The translations under genes and the position numbers were made by a program. A stretch of DNA of 64,000 bases, from positions 9,548,001-9,612,000 of the forward strand of contig CM075990.1 of the NCBI GenBank assembly GCA_038087875.1. Direction: 5' to 3'. The notes under the pieces were generated by a model. The model saw only the letters and a program-made list of their open reading frames with translations, was not told the DNA's origin and did no database searches. Source of the DNA: Malacoraja senta (taxonomy: Eukaryota). Of this stretch, positions 37,160 to 49,723 are shown one piece after another (the stretch's first letter is position 1; every line of letters begins with the position of its first letter).

Positions 37160-37730
37160 GTGGTCGAACCTGCTCAAATTCTCATCATTCAGCAACCCAG
37201 GGTTAACCCAGGGATCCAGGTAAAACCTCTCCGCAATGCCCCCCAAAGCAACCCTATCCATCCTTAAATGCGGAGACCAAACCTGAATGCAATACTCCAA
37301 AATGGATACACAAGAGATGGCAGATGCTAGAATCTTGAGCAAACAAAAAAGTGCTGGTGGAACTCAGTGGGTTAGGCAGCATCTGTGAAGGGAAATGGAT
37401 AGACAACATTTTGTGCCAGGACCCTTTTCAGAGTCTAAAGAAAGGTTCCGACTTGATGTGTCATCTGTCCGTTTCCCTCCACAGATGCCATCTGACCTGC
37501 TGTGTTCCTCTGGCACTTTTTTGTTTGCTCAAGATTCCAGAATCTGCTGTACTCGGATGTTGGTTAATACACAAAAGGACACAAAGTGCTGGAGTAACTC
37601 AGCCAGTCAGGAACACGGATAGGTGATGTTCCGGGTCAAGTCTCAAGATGGGTTTTGAAACATCACTTATTCATGTTCTCCAGAGATGCTGCCTGACCTG
37701 TTGAGTACCTCCAGCACTGCATGTCTTTTG
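37160..37730. mobile_element. CR1 fragment (minus) followed by two Penelope pLTR inverted pairs
   Basis: ILEYCIQVWSPHLRMD remnant; pLTR pairs at ~37305-37555 and ~37575-37730. Confidence 0.65.
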
Positions 37731-38739
37731 CATCAAAACTTCCTAGTTCGACTCGACACCATGCCTTTTTGCATTGATATTTCAGATTAGCAGTACGAAT
37801 GCTAATTGACAGCCTGCTCTGATAATCAAGTCATGGTGATTCTGGGTGTCCTGCCACATTCCTGCCCAAATCCTCATATGCTCAATATTGAAAAATGTTT
37901 TAATTTCAAGAATGTATAAACCAAGATTAAGCAATCACTGTCCTCAAAGATAGAGAATATCAGAGATTTACTTTCCTATGAAAGTACAATCTTTGTCTTA
38001 CATGTCCAACTTGAGACTACCCTAACTTCAAAATTCTGTTAATGTAGCACAAAGTCCCTGGAAGAAACAGTATCACAACATCTATTCTGCCATTCCCTTT
38101 CAGGATCTTGCATGTTAATAAAATCTGTTATTGTTATAAGCTTCATCACATATTGGCCAATCTTCCTTAATTTTCCTTCATTGCAACTTCACAGTAACTG
38201 ATCACTGAAGACACAAATCATATGCAGAACAGTAAATCATTTCAGTAATAGGTTTTAGGAACGCAGTTATAATTTAGGAAGCACAGATTAATCTTTCTTC
38301 ACTTGACAGTCCACTAAAATCACCTCAGGTAGACACAAAATGCGAGAGTAACTCAGCTGAGTTTCTCCAGCATTTTGTGTCATATTTGGCATAAACCAGC
38401 ATCTGCAGTTCATTTTTATGACACTAAAATCACTCCGGTCTTTGCACGCTGAATTCAGAACAAAACTTGGTCAAATGTGTTTTATTGCAACCATTCATGC
38501 TCACTGAGCAAAGAGAGGACACACAGTAATCAGCTGCATTTACCATAAGGCATTTTGGATTATCCTTAAAAGAAACTTAGTTCATGGACTCTGCTCACCT
38601 TCCACGTGATCTAGAAGAGGCAACAAATTATAATTTGTTTCAACATCGTTCTAAAGTCCCATGTGGTTTAATTATCACCAAGTAGTGTTATTTTACATTA
38701 TCTTCTCAGAGATCTGTTCAAAATTAATAATCAGTTCAT

Positions 38740-38820
38740 AGTCTTCATAAGATACGATAGAACTTGATTTATCTACTCCACCCTGGGATAAATAAAGTTC
38801 TATCGTATCCTATGAAGACT
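38740..38820. repeat. Near-perfect hairpin with ~34-bp arms
   Basis: agtcttcataagatacgatagaacttgatttatc ... gataaataaagttctatcgtatcctatgaagact. Confidence 0.9.
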
Positions 38821-40079
38821 GCGGTGTACTCACTGCAGAGTACTCAGTGGACAAATATTTTTAAAAACTCAAAACAGACAACTTGGATGAGGAGGAAAGC
38901 CCTCTGACAAAAAAAAGTTTAAAAATTCACAGGATTTGACAAATGGAAAGCTCTGTCGCCAACCATAAAGGAAAAGCAGAGGTATGAGTGGAAATGAAAG
39001 GCAAAAGGTAATTGACACCAATGCAATGTGGCCATATTAGCATTAGAAGACCATGCACTAATAAACAATGTACTGCAGGGCAAAGAACTGACATGGGTCA
39101 AAATATTCAGCAGTTATTGGTAAGAAGTTAATGGGTGATAGAACGTGGGAGAAACTGCTGAAATGAGAGCAGAAGGCATGCGAGATCGCTGTTGAAATTA
39201 AGCCTTGAATTACCCAGCAAAGCCATGTATATTGACAACAAGGAATGGGGAAAGAATACTTCAGAGTAAAGATTATCTGAAAATGAAAAGCCCCCAAAAA
39301 ATGATTTTAGATGTGGTTGGAATAGGATTTTAGAAAGGGCTGATAAAGACTAAGAAGCCATTTTCAAAATAAACTTGACAAGTGAATGGAAAATAACTGC
39401 ATCTATATTTTTTCCAATAATAGGCAGCAACACAAACAATGCAACCACTTCATGATTCTGCCCAGAGTGATGGAGATAAAATAATAAAAGAAAAAATGCG
39501 AAGATAGATAGCTTTGAGCTGAATTTGCGGCTGAGTCTAGGAAGAAATACTCTCCCAAGTTATCCTGGGAAGTGATATAAAAACAGTGATCTAACAATCT
39601 GCTGCAAGAATCCTAAAGTAAAATACATTTTTTTCTCTTTATGCTCCAACAAGTCACTGGAAATGGCAAGATATTTGTGCTGGAATATGCACACAACACA
39701 TCTGTAACCTACAAGATTTGGTGGGCACATGGGGAATGATCAAAACTGTAGTCCATTTAAAGATGCTACACTATTACTGAGCTTGGCTTAATTCCAGTTT
39801 AGCAAATTTGAATACATCACCAGACAATTAGATTTCACAGATTCCCCAACAGGCAATACTTGGATGCACAACAACTCAATGCAGCAGCATGGCAAAAAAT
39901 CACCAGCCTATTTATCACAATCATAAACTTTCCAGTACACCTAACCGTGGTACCAATTTCTCATGAACCAACAACCAATAATTTAACAACTCGGTTGAAT
40001 CTCATTAATGCTGTTTAGAGGAAAATTGACAGTGAGGAAGCATACCCAAGTTTACAATGGGATCTTGGGTAGATACACC

Positions 40080-40885
40080 AAAGAAATGGAAAATGCGATT
40101 TAATTCTGGCATGAGTGAGTAGTTGCACTTTGGTATGTCAATCCAGAGCAGGGTCTGTACAATAAGCCCTGGAAAACGTTGGAAAACAGAGAGATCAGCG
40201 AGTACAGGTGCACAGTTCCCTGAAAGTGGTAAGTCATGTGAACAGGACAGTGAAGGCAACATTTAGCATGCTTGCCTTCAATGGGAAGAAGAGTACAAAA
40301 GTTGTGACATCATAATGCAGCTGTAAAAAACATGGGCGAGATTGCCTTTGGAGTACTGTGCGCCGTCTGATCACATAGCTAAAGGAAGGATGTTATTAAG
40401 TTAGACAGGGAGCAGAAGACAATACCCATATGTAACAGACTTGTGGGCTTGAGTTAAAGGGAGAGGTTGCAAAGGATGAGACTTTTCCCTTTGGAGCGTA
40501 GGAGGCTGAGCGATGACATTACTGAGGTGTACAAAATAATGCGGGGCACGGATCACATGAACGCTCATAGTTAATTTCCCCAGGGTAGAAGATTCAAATA
40601 CTAGATGTCAAAGGCTTATGATGAGAGTAGAGAGATTTAAGTGGGTCATCACGAGTAACTTTTTCCACTCAGAAGATTGTCCGTATCTGGAATGAACTGC
40701 CAGAGGAAGCTTTAGAAGCAAATGCGATTACAAATTCCAAAAGCCTTCTTGACAAATATATGATCAGAAGAGTTCAGAGGGCTATGGGTCAAATATAGGC
40801 AAATGGGATGATCCAAAAGGTCCAAACACGGTCAGATTACACAAGGTGAGCCAAAGAGAGTTTCTGCTGTATAGCTCTGCGACTC
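40080..40885 (+). mobile_element. Old CR1 3' fragment
   Basis: atgcgatttaat...ttgcactttgg...ttggagtactgtg...ggaggctgag...tggaatgaactgccagagga; many stops. Confidence 0.8.
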
Positions 40886-41069
40886 AAACTATCCAGGAAC
40901 AAGTGTCCTCAAGTGTGAACAAAATGCATCTCCAGAGAAGGTGTTGGCACTGATTAGTGGACAACTCCCACATCAGAAGTCTGTGGATCCATGTCCCACC
41001 TCAGGAGTAGCTTCACCTGAAAATTAATGCATTACAAGGTGCTGACAACACCACTTCTCGAACAATTCA

Positions 41070-42045
41070 GAAAAAACTGCCAATGCTGGAATCTTGAGCA
41101 AAAAAATAAAGGAAATCAAATGGATAGGTAGCATCTGTGGAGGGAATAGACTAATTATGTTTCTGGCCAGGACCTTTTTTCAACTAGCTTTGAGTAAATA
41201 AAAGTGCAATCACAAAAACCCAACCTGACTGAGTAAAGTAATGCCAGAGGATACTACTCTTTATGGAGTAGCACCACACTGCTAAACGAGCCTGCTGTCT
41301 GGTGAGGCATCAACTCAGTTTTCTTTTGGGTGAGCCTCTGTATTCAGCTTTCTGATCGGTCCTTCGATAAGCTCGGGTCTTGTCCAGCATACCTCATTGC
41401 AGACATTGAACTTTGTCTCTACAAGTGCTACGATACTACACCGAGAACTATATTCTGCTCTCTGTACCCTGCTCATCAGTCCATATTTTGTACTTGTACT
41501 TGCCGCAAGTCTTCACCTTTCACCCCATCAGCCGTCGTGTACATCACATAATCCTCCAACATTTTTGCCAACTCCAACGGGATCCCACCACTCATCACAA
41601 CTTACCATCTCCACCCCTTTCCACAGACAGTTACCTCTGCAATTGTCCATTCCCACCCAAATCACCGCCTCCCCAGGTACCTTCCTCTGCAACCATAGGA
41701 GGTGCAACGCCTGACCCTATACCTCCTCCCTCAACTCTGTCCAGGGACCCCAACCGTCCTTTCAGGTAAGGAAGAGTTCATTTACACCTCCTCCAACCTC
41801 ATCTACTGTATCCACTGTTCCAGGTGTGGACTCCTCTATATCAGCGATGCCAAGTGCAGACTGGACGATCTATGTACCTCTTCATATCTCTTGTTTCCCT
41901 CTCCCCTGACACTCAATCTGAAGGGCCTCAACCAGAAACATCATCTATTCCTTTTCTCCAGAGATGACGTCTGACCCTCTGAGTTACGCCGGCTTTTTGT
42001 GTCTATCTTGTGTGTAAACCAGCATCTGCAGTTCCTTCCTACACG
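41070..42045 (+). mobile_element. Decayed Penelope element fragments
   Basis: PGTFLCNHRRCNA and FIYTSSNLIYCIHCSRCGLLYI remnants plus pLTR. Confidence 0.7.
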
Positions 42046-42279
42046 TTTTGCCTTGGTTATATGTGTATTGTATTATCTGATTTGATTTATTAGCATGCAA
42101 GCTGTCCACTGCCCTTCATTATACGGGACAATTGTATAGTTAAATCAACTCATCTCAACTTTCGGGTGAGACCAACTCATCTCCTCTATCAGGTGAGATA
42201 TTCACTCATCTCTTCTGTCAGATTAATGTAAAAGTTGCATTTTGAAGCATTGATAAGTTTTCTCCAGAACCTCTGCCAT

Positions 42280-42550
42280 TCAACAAATGGATCGGGTAGA
42301 TGCACAGAGTCTTTTACCCAGAGTATGGAAATAGTGGACCAGAGGACATAGGTTCAAGGTGAAGGGGAAAAGATCCAAGAGGTAACTTTTTCACACAGGT
42401 GGGTGTATGGAACAAGCTGCCAGGGGAGGTAGTCGAGGCTGGGACTATCCCATCATTTAAGAAACAGTTGGACAGGTACATGGATAAGACAGGTTTGGAT
42501 AGTTATGTCCACACTGTATTAATCTATGACTCTAGTCTATCTATGACTCT
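42280..42550 (+). mobile_element. CR1 3' fragment
   Basis: gtagatgcacagagtcttttacccagag...tggaacaagctgccagggga...ctatgactcta. Confidence 0.75.
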
Positions 42551-42566
42551 AAATATAAAGAGAAGA

Positions 42567-42725
42567 TAAGACACAAAAAGATGGAGTAACTCCGCAGGAC
42601 AGCCAGCATCTCTGGAGAGAAGGAATGTGTGACGTTTCGGGTCGAGACCCATCTTAGACTACTCTGGGGAAAGGGAAACGAGAGATAGAGACGATGATGT
42701 AGAGAGATAGAGAACAAATGAGTGA
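42567..42725 (-). mobile_element. Penelope pLTR with degenerate hammerhead
   Basis: gtgacgtttcgggtcgagacccatcttagact. Confidence 0.7.
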
Positions 42726-42879
42726 TCACACTCCCATCTGATACGTCTGGATGCACTGAAATACGCTACAATATTTCATACTACAACTTCAGCAAATGTG
42801 GGCATCAACCAATGGCACATCACATGGTCAAGTGGGTTCAATAGGGAAATTATACAGCGGAGGAGTCCAGTGTGTGTTA

Positions 42880-43550
42880 AGAATCGGGCGGAAAATGCGG
42901 AAATGCGTCGAAACCAGCAAAGGATCCGTCCGCTGCTCAACATCATTCCAGTCTCTTCAGGCCCCAGACTTGGCCTCACCCGCCTTTTGGGCGCAAACCT
43001 GGGGCCTGTTTCAACGAAACGCCGGCAAGGCCCTGGGCAGAGGGAGCGGAGGCCTTGTACGTGGGACGATTCCTTGGAAGCTCCAGCCCACTTAACGCTT
43101 CACGACTGCCCCAGGCTGCATGGGGCCGGGCCGGGCCCCGGCTACCAGCCGCCGACCCCGGCCCATCCACCGCCTACATCGGGCTAAGCCTTGGCCTCAC
43201 ACCGTCAAGCAAAGGCCTAGGCCTATGCCATTCGTGCCCACCGAGGGTCCAGAGCGGGCTGAAAGCCTGAGCCTGAGCCCGACCCCCCTCCCCGGCCGGG
43301 TCCGCGACCACTCCGCGGGCTACTCACCGCCTTCTTCCCGAGGCCTCTCTCCGCTCGCTGCCACGTCCGTCTCTCGCCCGCCCGCCGCGCTGACGCAATG
43401 ACGCACGCGCTGCGTCACGGCGCACAACAAGCTCCCGGGTGTCGCGCATGCTCAGTGCGCGCAGTGACGCCCGGCGCCATTTGCCGGCGTTGAGAGGAGA
43501 AGAAGTTGCTGCTGCCGCCGCCGCCGTCGGTCGAGGGAGGCCGCCTCAGG
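42880..43550. promoter_or_regulatory. CpG island / SEC24C promoter with CRE-like, CREB3/XBP1-like, NRF1-like and YY1-like motifs
   Basis: High GC and CpG content; TGCCACGT 43359-43366; TGACGCAA, TGACGCA and TGCGTCA in 43391-43417; CGCGCATGCTCA 43443-43454; CGCCATTT 43475-43482. Confidence 0.8.
43328..43380 (-). other. SEC24C: SEC24C non-coding exon 1 (5' end approximate)
   Basis: GCG|gtgagt strong donor at 43328/43327 inside the CpG island, upstream of the 30388 acceptor. Confidence 0.7.

Positions 43551-43551
<1 letters not shown>

Positions 43552-43584
<33 letters not shown>
43552..43584. repeat. (CA)n microsatellite
   Basis: Directly visible. Confidence 0.95.
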
Positions 43585-43586
<2 letters not shown>

Positions 43587-43629
43587 CAGGGTCTGATCCC
43601 CAACCATTCCCGTCCTTAAGCCGATAAGG

Positions 43630-44510
43630 ATGTGTTTTGGAAGGAACTGCGTTTGCTGGTTTACACCGAAGATGCCGGAGTAACTGTGGGTCTCGACCCG
43701 AAACATCACCCATTCCTTCTCTAGAGATGCTGCCTGTCCCGCTGAGTTAATCCAGCTTTTTGTGTCTATCTAAGCTGATGGGGATCAGTTTAATTTATAA
43801 GAAACACCCCGTGGTTGTGTTAAATGGACTGGTTCATATTAGAGTCCTCATTGGTGACCCTCAGACGGTCTTTGCTAGGAGACAGACTCAAAATACTGGA
43901 GTAACTCAGCGGGTGAGGCAGCATCTCTGGAGAAGGAATGGGCGACATTTCGGGTCGAGACCCTTCTTCAGGCTCCAGTACACTAGTTATATGTCCTTCT
44001 TCAGACAGTCGGGGGAAATGGAAACGAGAGATATGGATGATGATAGAGAGAAATATAGAACAGATGAATGAAAGAAATGCAAACAAACTTAACAATGATC
44101 AAGGAAATGGTCCGTTGTTAGCTGTGGACTAGGTTAAAACAAGTTATACATACAATGAAACCCACCGAGAGAGAGACTAGTACAATGACTAGGATGGAGG
44201 AATGATGGAGAGAGAAAGAGGGGGCTGCAAGCGTTACTTGAAGTTAGAGAAATCAATACTCATGCCACTGGGGTGTAAGCTGCCGAAGCAAAATTTGTGC
44301 TCCAATCTGTGTTTGGCCTCAATCTGACAACGGAGGAGGCCCAGGACAGAAAGGTCAGTATGGAAAGGGGAGTTAAAGTGTTTGGCAACCAGGAGATCGC
44401 GTAAGACCCAGCATAGGTGTTCAGCAAAACGATCGCCCAGTAAATGTTTGGTCTCGCTGATGTATAAAAGTCCACACCTCGAACAACGGAAACAGTAGAT
44501 ATCAGACTTT
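43630..44510 (-). mobile_element. Penelope elements (pLTRs plus GIY-YIG remnant)
   Basis: IYCFRCSRCGLLYISETKHLLGDRFAEH (44234-44530 minus); hammerhead-like core at 43944-43971. Confidence 0.8.
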
Positions 44511-45907
44511 GGCCTACTACTTGCAGACACCTGCTCTAGAAGAACAACCTCTCAGCATCCATACTCTCAACCCTTCAAAGTCATAATAAAAAAATAAAGG
44601 TGCTGCCGATATAAATTTAATACAAAAAACATTCAGCAAGTTTGGCAACATCTGTGGAATGAGAAGTTGCATTAATGTTCTAGGTTGAGGACTTAATCTG
44701 AGCCACTCTATAGAGAGCAAGGAGTCCAAAAGGTAGACAAAAATGCTGGAGAAACTCAGCAGGTGGGGCAGCATCAATGGAGCGAAGGAATAACTGCTGA
44801 GTTACAACAAACCTTTATGTCCATATGTAAGATAATTATTTGCAGGACTCCTGAGGAAAAAAAATGTTCTGTGCGGACCTGGCATGGACCCGATGGGCTG
44901 AATGGCCTTAGTGTATTCATGTTCATCTAGGGTTTGCTTTTTTAGGCGAATATTAACGATCCCAATGTAACTATTGCAAAGCAGATAATTAAACAATATA
45001 TGGTGGGGAAAACACAAATAAATTTGTGACTCAGAAATGCAAGCAGCATATGTGGAGGGAGAGAGAGATACTGTTTATATTTGTGAAAATCTTACTGAAA
45101 TAAATCGCTCTGTCAGGCAAAAAATAGCTGCTTCGTTTCCAACCGCGCAACAGTGACTGGGAAGCTATGTATTTGACTGCACAGTTTGAAAGGTCCAATT
45201 TTAACATAACATTGTGACTTACTAAAGCAAATCTTCCTGCAGAATCAAACGTTGTTTTGGCATTAACGTTGTGAAGCGGCAATTCCTATGTAATAATGTG
45301 CACAATTAATATTTCTGACGTAGCGAGTGTCCGCATATTCAACACCTGAAACGACCACAATGTTATTCTTTGCAATCTAAACCGAAGTTAAATTGGAACC
45401 CAGAGCATGTCCGAAACAATCAGAAACGGATATTATCCTTTCACAATGCAGTTTTCGAATTGAACAAATGTCCCAAAATACTTTCGCTGCAAATCGCTGT
45501 GCAAATCCTGGAAACAATTGGTACTTGATCGCATATCCCAGCATTATGCCTTTGGTGTTGTTTTTGGTTTTTGGTGCTGACAAAACAGATAAAACCAAGA
45601 AGGGGCACTTCAGCTGACATTTAAAGTGGTGTTTTAAACCTGAACTCGGGCATTTGCATTTTCCTTATGGATCTTTCCACAGCAGCGCTGTGAGATTGAC
45701 GTAACATGTGCTGAAATTTGGCGTTCAACCAAGAGCCCCTTACGTTTGTTGCTGCTTTGCTGTGGGGAGGAGAGGACAAACCAGTGCCTCGCACTGACCT
45801 CCCGGCGGCCGCAACCAGTCACCTCGCTCAAGATGTGAATGATGGCGAGAACCAGGGCCATGGAGACCTCCCGAGGATATAGCGTTTGCTGAAGAGACAA
45901 GGAGGTC

Positions 45908-46012
45908 ATGGGGACCGGCGAAGAAACCCTCGTCACCTTGAGTGGTGGCGCGCCCTGGGGCTTCAGGCTACATGGAGGATCCCACCAAAGCATGCCGCTT
46001 CGAGTCGCCAAG
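45908..46012 (+). CDS. SYNPO2L: Synaptopodin-2-like first coding exon, PDZ N-terminus (MGTGEETLVTLSGGAPWGFRLHGGSHQSMPLRVAK)
   Basis: gtcATGg Kozak context, AAG|gtagga donor, 105 nt; LVTLSGGAPWGFRLHGG resembles SYNPO2L more than SYNPO2; adjacency to SEC24C matches known vertebrate synteny. Confidence 0.82.
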
Positions 46013-47341
46013 GTAGGACAGCGGCCCAGCACATTAACCCCCACCCCACACCGGCCAGGGAGCGCCCCGCCAAAGAGGGATCCCAGATAAAAGAGAGATA
46101 CTCCAAGACAGAGAGGTGGGGGCGAGGGCGAGAAGTAGGGACCGCAACACAGAGATGACCCCAACTCATTGAGATCCGTACCCGAGCAAAGCCTTTTCTC
46201 TTCCCCCCCCCCCCCCACTCCCTCCCCCCACTCCCTCCCCCCTTTGGACCCCAGCCCCGCAGAGAAATGAGAGAGAGAGCGGGACGACCGATAGCGAGAT
46301 ATCTCCTTTCCAAAGGTACACAAAAATGCTGGAGAAACTCCTTTCCAAAGATACGTGCTCAGAGCCCTGCCGAGAAAGAGAACCTCAAACCCAGGGAGAC
46401 GAGGGAAATACGCTTAACTGCCCCCCAAATTAGAGGGAGGGAGGGAGGGAGGGGATTGCCAGGTAGAAAAACTAGCCGAGCGACTATTGCGCCAGAAACA
46501 ACCTCATACCAAGCAAGAGACACCCCAGAAGTTCGCTAAACTGGGAAAGAGAACACCCCCAGCCTTCATCTGCAAATTGTTTGCGGAGTTCGGGACACAC
46601 ACAGTCACCGCATTTCGACATAATTTACTGCTATTATGCTCGATTCCGTTATCGCACCGGACAATTACTTTAAACTTTGATCTCAAATTACTCGGGGCAA
46701 AGACACCGAACGTGTAAAAGCGGTCGGTAAAGTCAGACTAACTTTGAACGGCGGCGTGTGCGCACCGCGGGGGATTTTGCAGGAGCCAAACTCTTCTCAG
46801 GATTGCACATGTATCATATCGATTTACCCTGTTGCTAAGGCCCTGCGCGTGGAATCAATATCACCCGGCTCCAATGCATCTCCAGCAGGATCCTTCAACC
46901 TGTAACACGAACATACACACAAGACCAGCTGAATTATTTTCAGCGAAAATTTTGCCAAGCTCGTTGATTTGGTCAGGCTGGCTGGTAATTGGGAATATTC
47001 GCACATGATGTAGAAACTCGCTAGATCTGATTGAATCACTCCGCACGCCTGCAACATTAACGCGGGCAGCGGCCAAAAGATTTTTGAGGTCAGATGCCAA
47101 ATAGATCCTCCATGAGATAAGAGGGGAGGAGGATACTGCCATTTGCTTTCAATTCATTTCCGAGTCCCCATTCTGGAATAATATTGGAACGATTCTTAAT
47201 AGTCACTAAATATCGAAACTACAAAGGTAACTATACCACAAAAATATGCCATTGGATGTAAATTGCACTGAGGCAATCATAGGTTCTGCAAAGCACCTTA
47301 CAAATGCATTCTTTCTTTTTTAACAACGTCAAGTATATCCA

Positions 47342-47485
47342 TGTGTAGGAAGGAACTGTAGATGCTAGTTTACACTGAAGATAGACACACAAAGCTGGAG
47401 CAAATCAGCAGGTCAGACTGAAGAAGGGTCTGACCCAAAACGTCACCTATTCCTTTTCTCCAGATATGCTGCCTGACCCACTAAG
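47342..47485. mobile_element. Penelope pLTR inverted pair
   Basis: ctgaagaagggtctgacccaaaacgtc at 47418-47444. Confidence 0.7.
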
Positions 47486-47914
47486 TGTGTCTGTCTTCCA
47501 AGCATATCCATGGCGCGTTCACATAGCCAGCACAGACATAATGTTTCAAATAGCCATCTTCTGTACAATGTAATTCTGTGATTCCAGATAACTGCTTTAT
47601 TCCTTGCCCTGTTTTTAGGCCTTAGCAACTGATCAGTGATTACATACTTTGCTGGAACAGTAATCACATTGGAAAGTGGAAACAGATGGTATAAATAATA
47701 CGAAAATAAAGCATGTTTGTGACCTGTATGTGAGCTGACAGTATTGGATCAGAAATATCCCTCCCTGCAAGCTGTTTCCATTCCCAACACCACAGATCTT
47801 TCAGATTTTCAGGATACTTGTATCCTCATGTTCTGATAGAGTATGAAAATAATTGTCAATTCAGTAATTCTTTGTTCAGAAGATTGCAAATCTACACCAA
47901 TTTAAATAAGTTGC

Positions 47915-48038
47915 TGATTTGAAGGGTCTCGACCCGAAACGTCACCCCTTTACTTCTCTCCAGAGATGCTGCTGCATTACTCCAGCATTTTGTGTCTATC
48001 TTCGGTATGTAACCAACATCTGCAGTTCCTTCCTACAC
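47915..48038 (+). mobile_element. Penelope pLTR
   Basis: gaagggtctcgacccgaaacgtcaccc...gttccttcctacaca. Confidence 0.7.
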
Positions 48039-49003
48039 AATTCTTTTTCATTGTCTGTGCGTTACCAATGTCACATTCAGTTTAAGGCAGTGATGCAGTT
48101 GTAATGTTGATAACAGAAACGGTTCAAATTGAGCAGGTGAGCAGTCTTGCCTTTCAATTAGAATTAGAGGCTGCAGAATGGATTCAGGTTAAAAATAAAT
48201 CTTATCAGTTTGGAATAGGTATAGTAATGAGACCTGTGTCTATTGAGTGTGGTGAGTGCAAAAGAAAAGTGAAGGAGTGGGAAAAGCAGGCACTGGGGAA
48301 CGTTTTCAGAGAAAATGTGTAAAACAGGTCTGAGCAAGGTTTGTGATGCTGGATTTTGGAGAGATTAATGGTGGCATTTAAGGTTAGGATAGTGAATGTT
48401 GCAGCCAAGACATGTCTAAATTGCAGTCCATGTCAAACATCTATGTTATTTGTGTCCATAGAAACATTTATTTGTGTCCAGAGAAACATTATTGGAGGAA
48501 ATAATAATTTGTGGAAAATGTTGAGAAGGACAATGAGGTAAACTGGTAGCTGAAAAATTGGTCAGATCCTTGGAAATATGAGCCTATTATGATGATGGGA
48601 TAAAAGCATTTATAATTTGTTTGTTCAAAAGTATATTTCTCATGGACTTGCTCATGTCAGGAGAGTGTTGTAGGACAACAGAGGAGCATGGATTTAGGTC
48701 TCTTCAAGATGATATGCATCATCTAATTGGTTTAAGTCAACAGAGGTCCATTGCATTCAAGCTCAATCAATGTTCAGATACGTTGCTCTTGTGAGATGTT
48801 AACTTTATTAAGAGTACATTACCACTAATAACGAGTGCCACTGTAAATACACAGTGTAGGAGATTGTCAGAATGTGCATTGAGTGTAATTTTGTTTACCA
48901 TTTGGTGGTTTGTTATTTTGTTATCACATGAAATTTATGACAATTTGAAATATGAATATAAAGATTAAAAATCGCTCCAAAATTCAAGGCACCTCTGAAA
49001 AGA

Positions 49004-49723
49004 ATCAATCACAATCACAATCACAATAATACTTTATTAGCCAAGTATGTTTTGCAACATACAAGGAATTTCATTTGCCAAGTCAGTCATACAATAAAAA
49101 GCAACGAACACACATAACACATTTTAACATGAACATCCACCACTGTCACTCCTCCACATTTCTCACTGTGATGGAGGACGAAAAAAAGTTCAATCTCTTC
49201 CATTAGCTCTCTCGCGGTCAGGGGCCTCGAGCCCTCCATTGACGGGACGATCTTGACTCCCGTAGCCGGCAGCGTTTGGGCCCTCCGCGTCGGGGTGATC
49301 AGCTCCTGCATCGGGAGATGTCGGCTTCCCCGCGCCGCCGATCGAACCCCGCGTCGGGGCTGGTTGAACCGTCCACGACATTGGAGCTTTCCGACTCGGC
49401 CTCTCCCAAGACTGTGAGCTCCCAATGTAAAGCTCACAGGCAAGGGATCGACTCCGATGTTAAGTCCACACCCCAGGTGTGCACTCAAGGTCAGTCCGAG
49501 AATGCCTCAAGCTCCATCGATGTTAGGCCGCAGAGCGACCGGAGACACGATCCGAAAAGTAATCGCATCTCTGGCAAGGTAAGAACAGAAAAAAAAAATT
49601 CCCCCGACCCCCACATAAAGCAAACCGGAGAACATTTACACAAACTTTTAACACCCACTAAATGTAAAAAAGATGAAAAAACGGACAGACAGTTGGCGGG
49701 GCTGCCAATCGTGCAGCGCCCCT
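49004..49723 (-). mobile_element. GC-rich non-autonomous retroposon with Rex1/Babar-type tail
   Basis: Homologous to 31513-32346 in the 5' ~220 nt and in the 3' core; tail aaattccttgtatgttgcaaaacatacttggctaataaagtatt(attgtg)n. Confidence 0.75.

Noticed and set aside
45634-46323. 229-aa antisense ORF over SYNPO2L exon 1
   Set aside because: Non-ATG start, GC-rich and low-complexity sequence, no recognisable protein.
49540-49590. U1 snRNA gene or pseudogene
   Set aside because: Only a short 5' motif and a stem resemble U1; no U1A loop or Sm site. Kept only as a speculative note.
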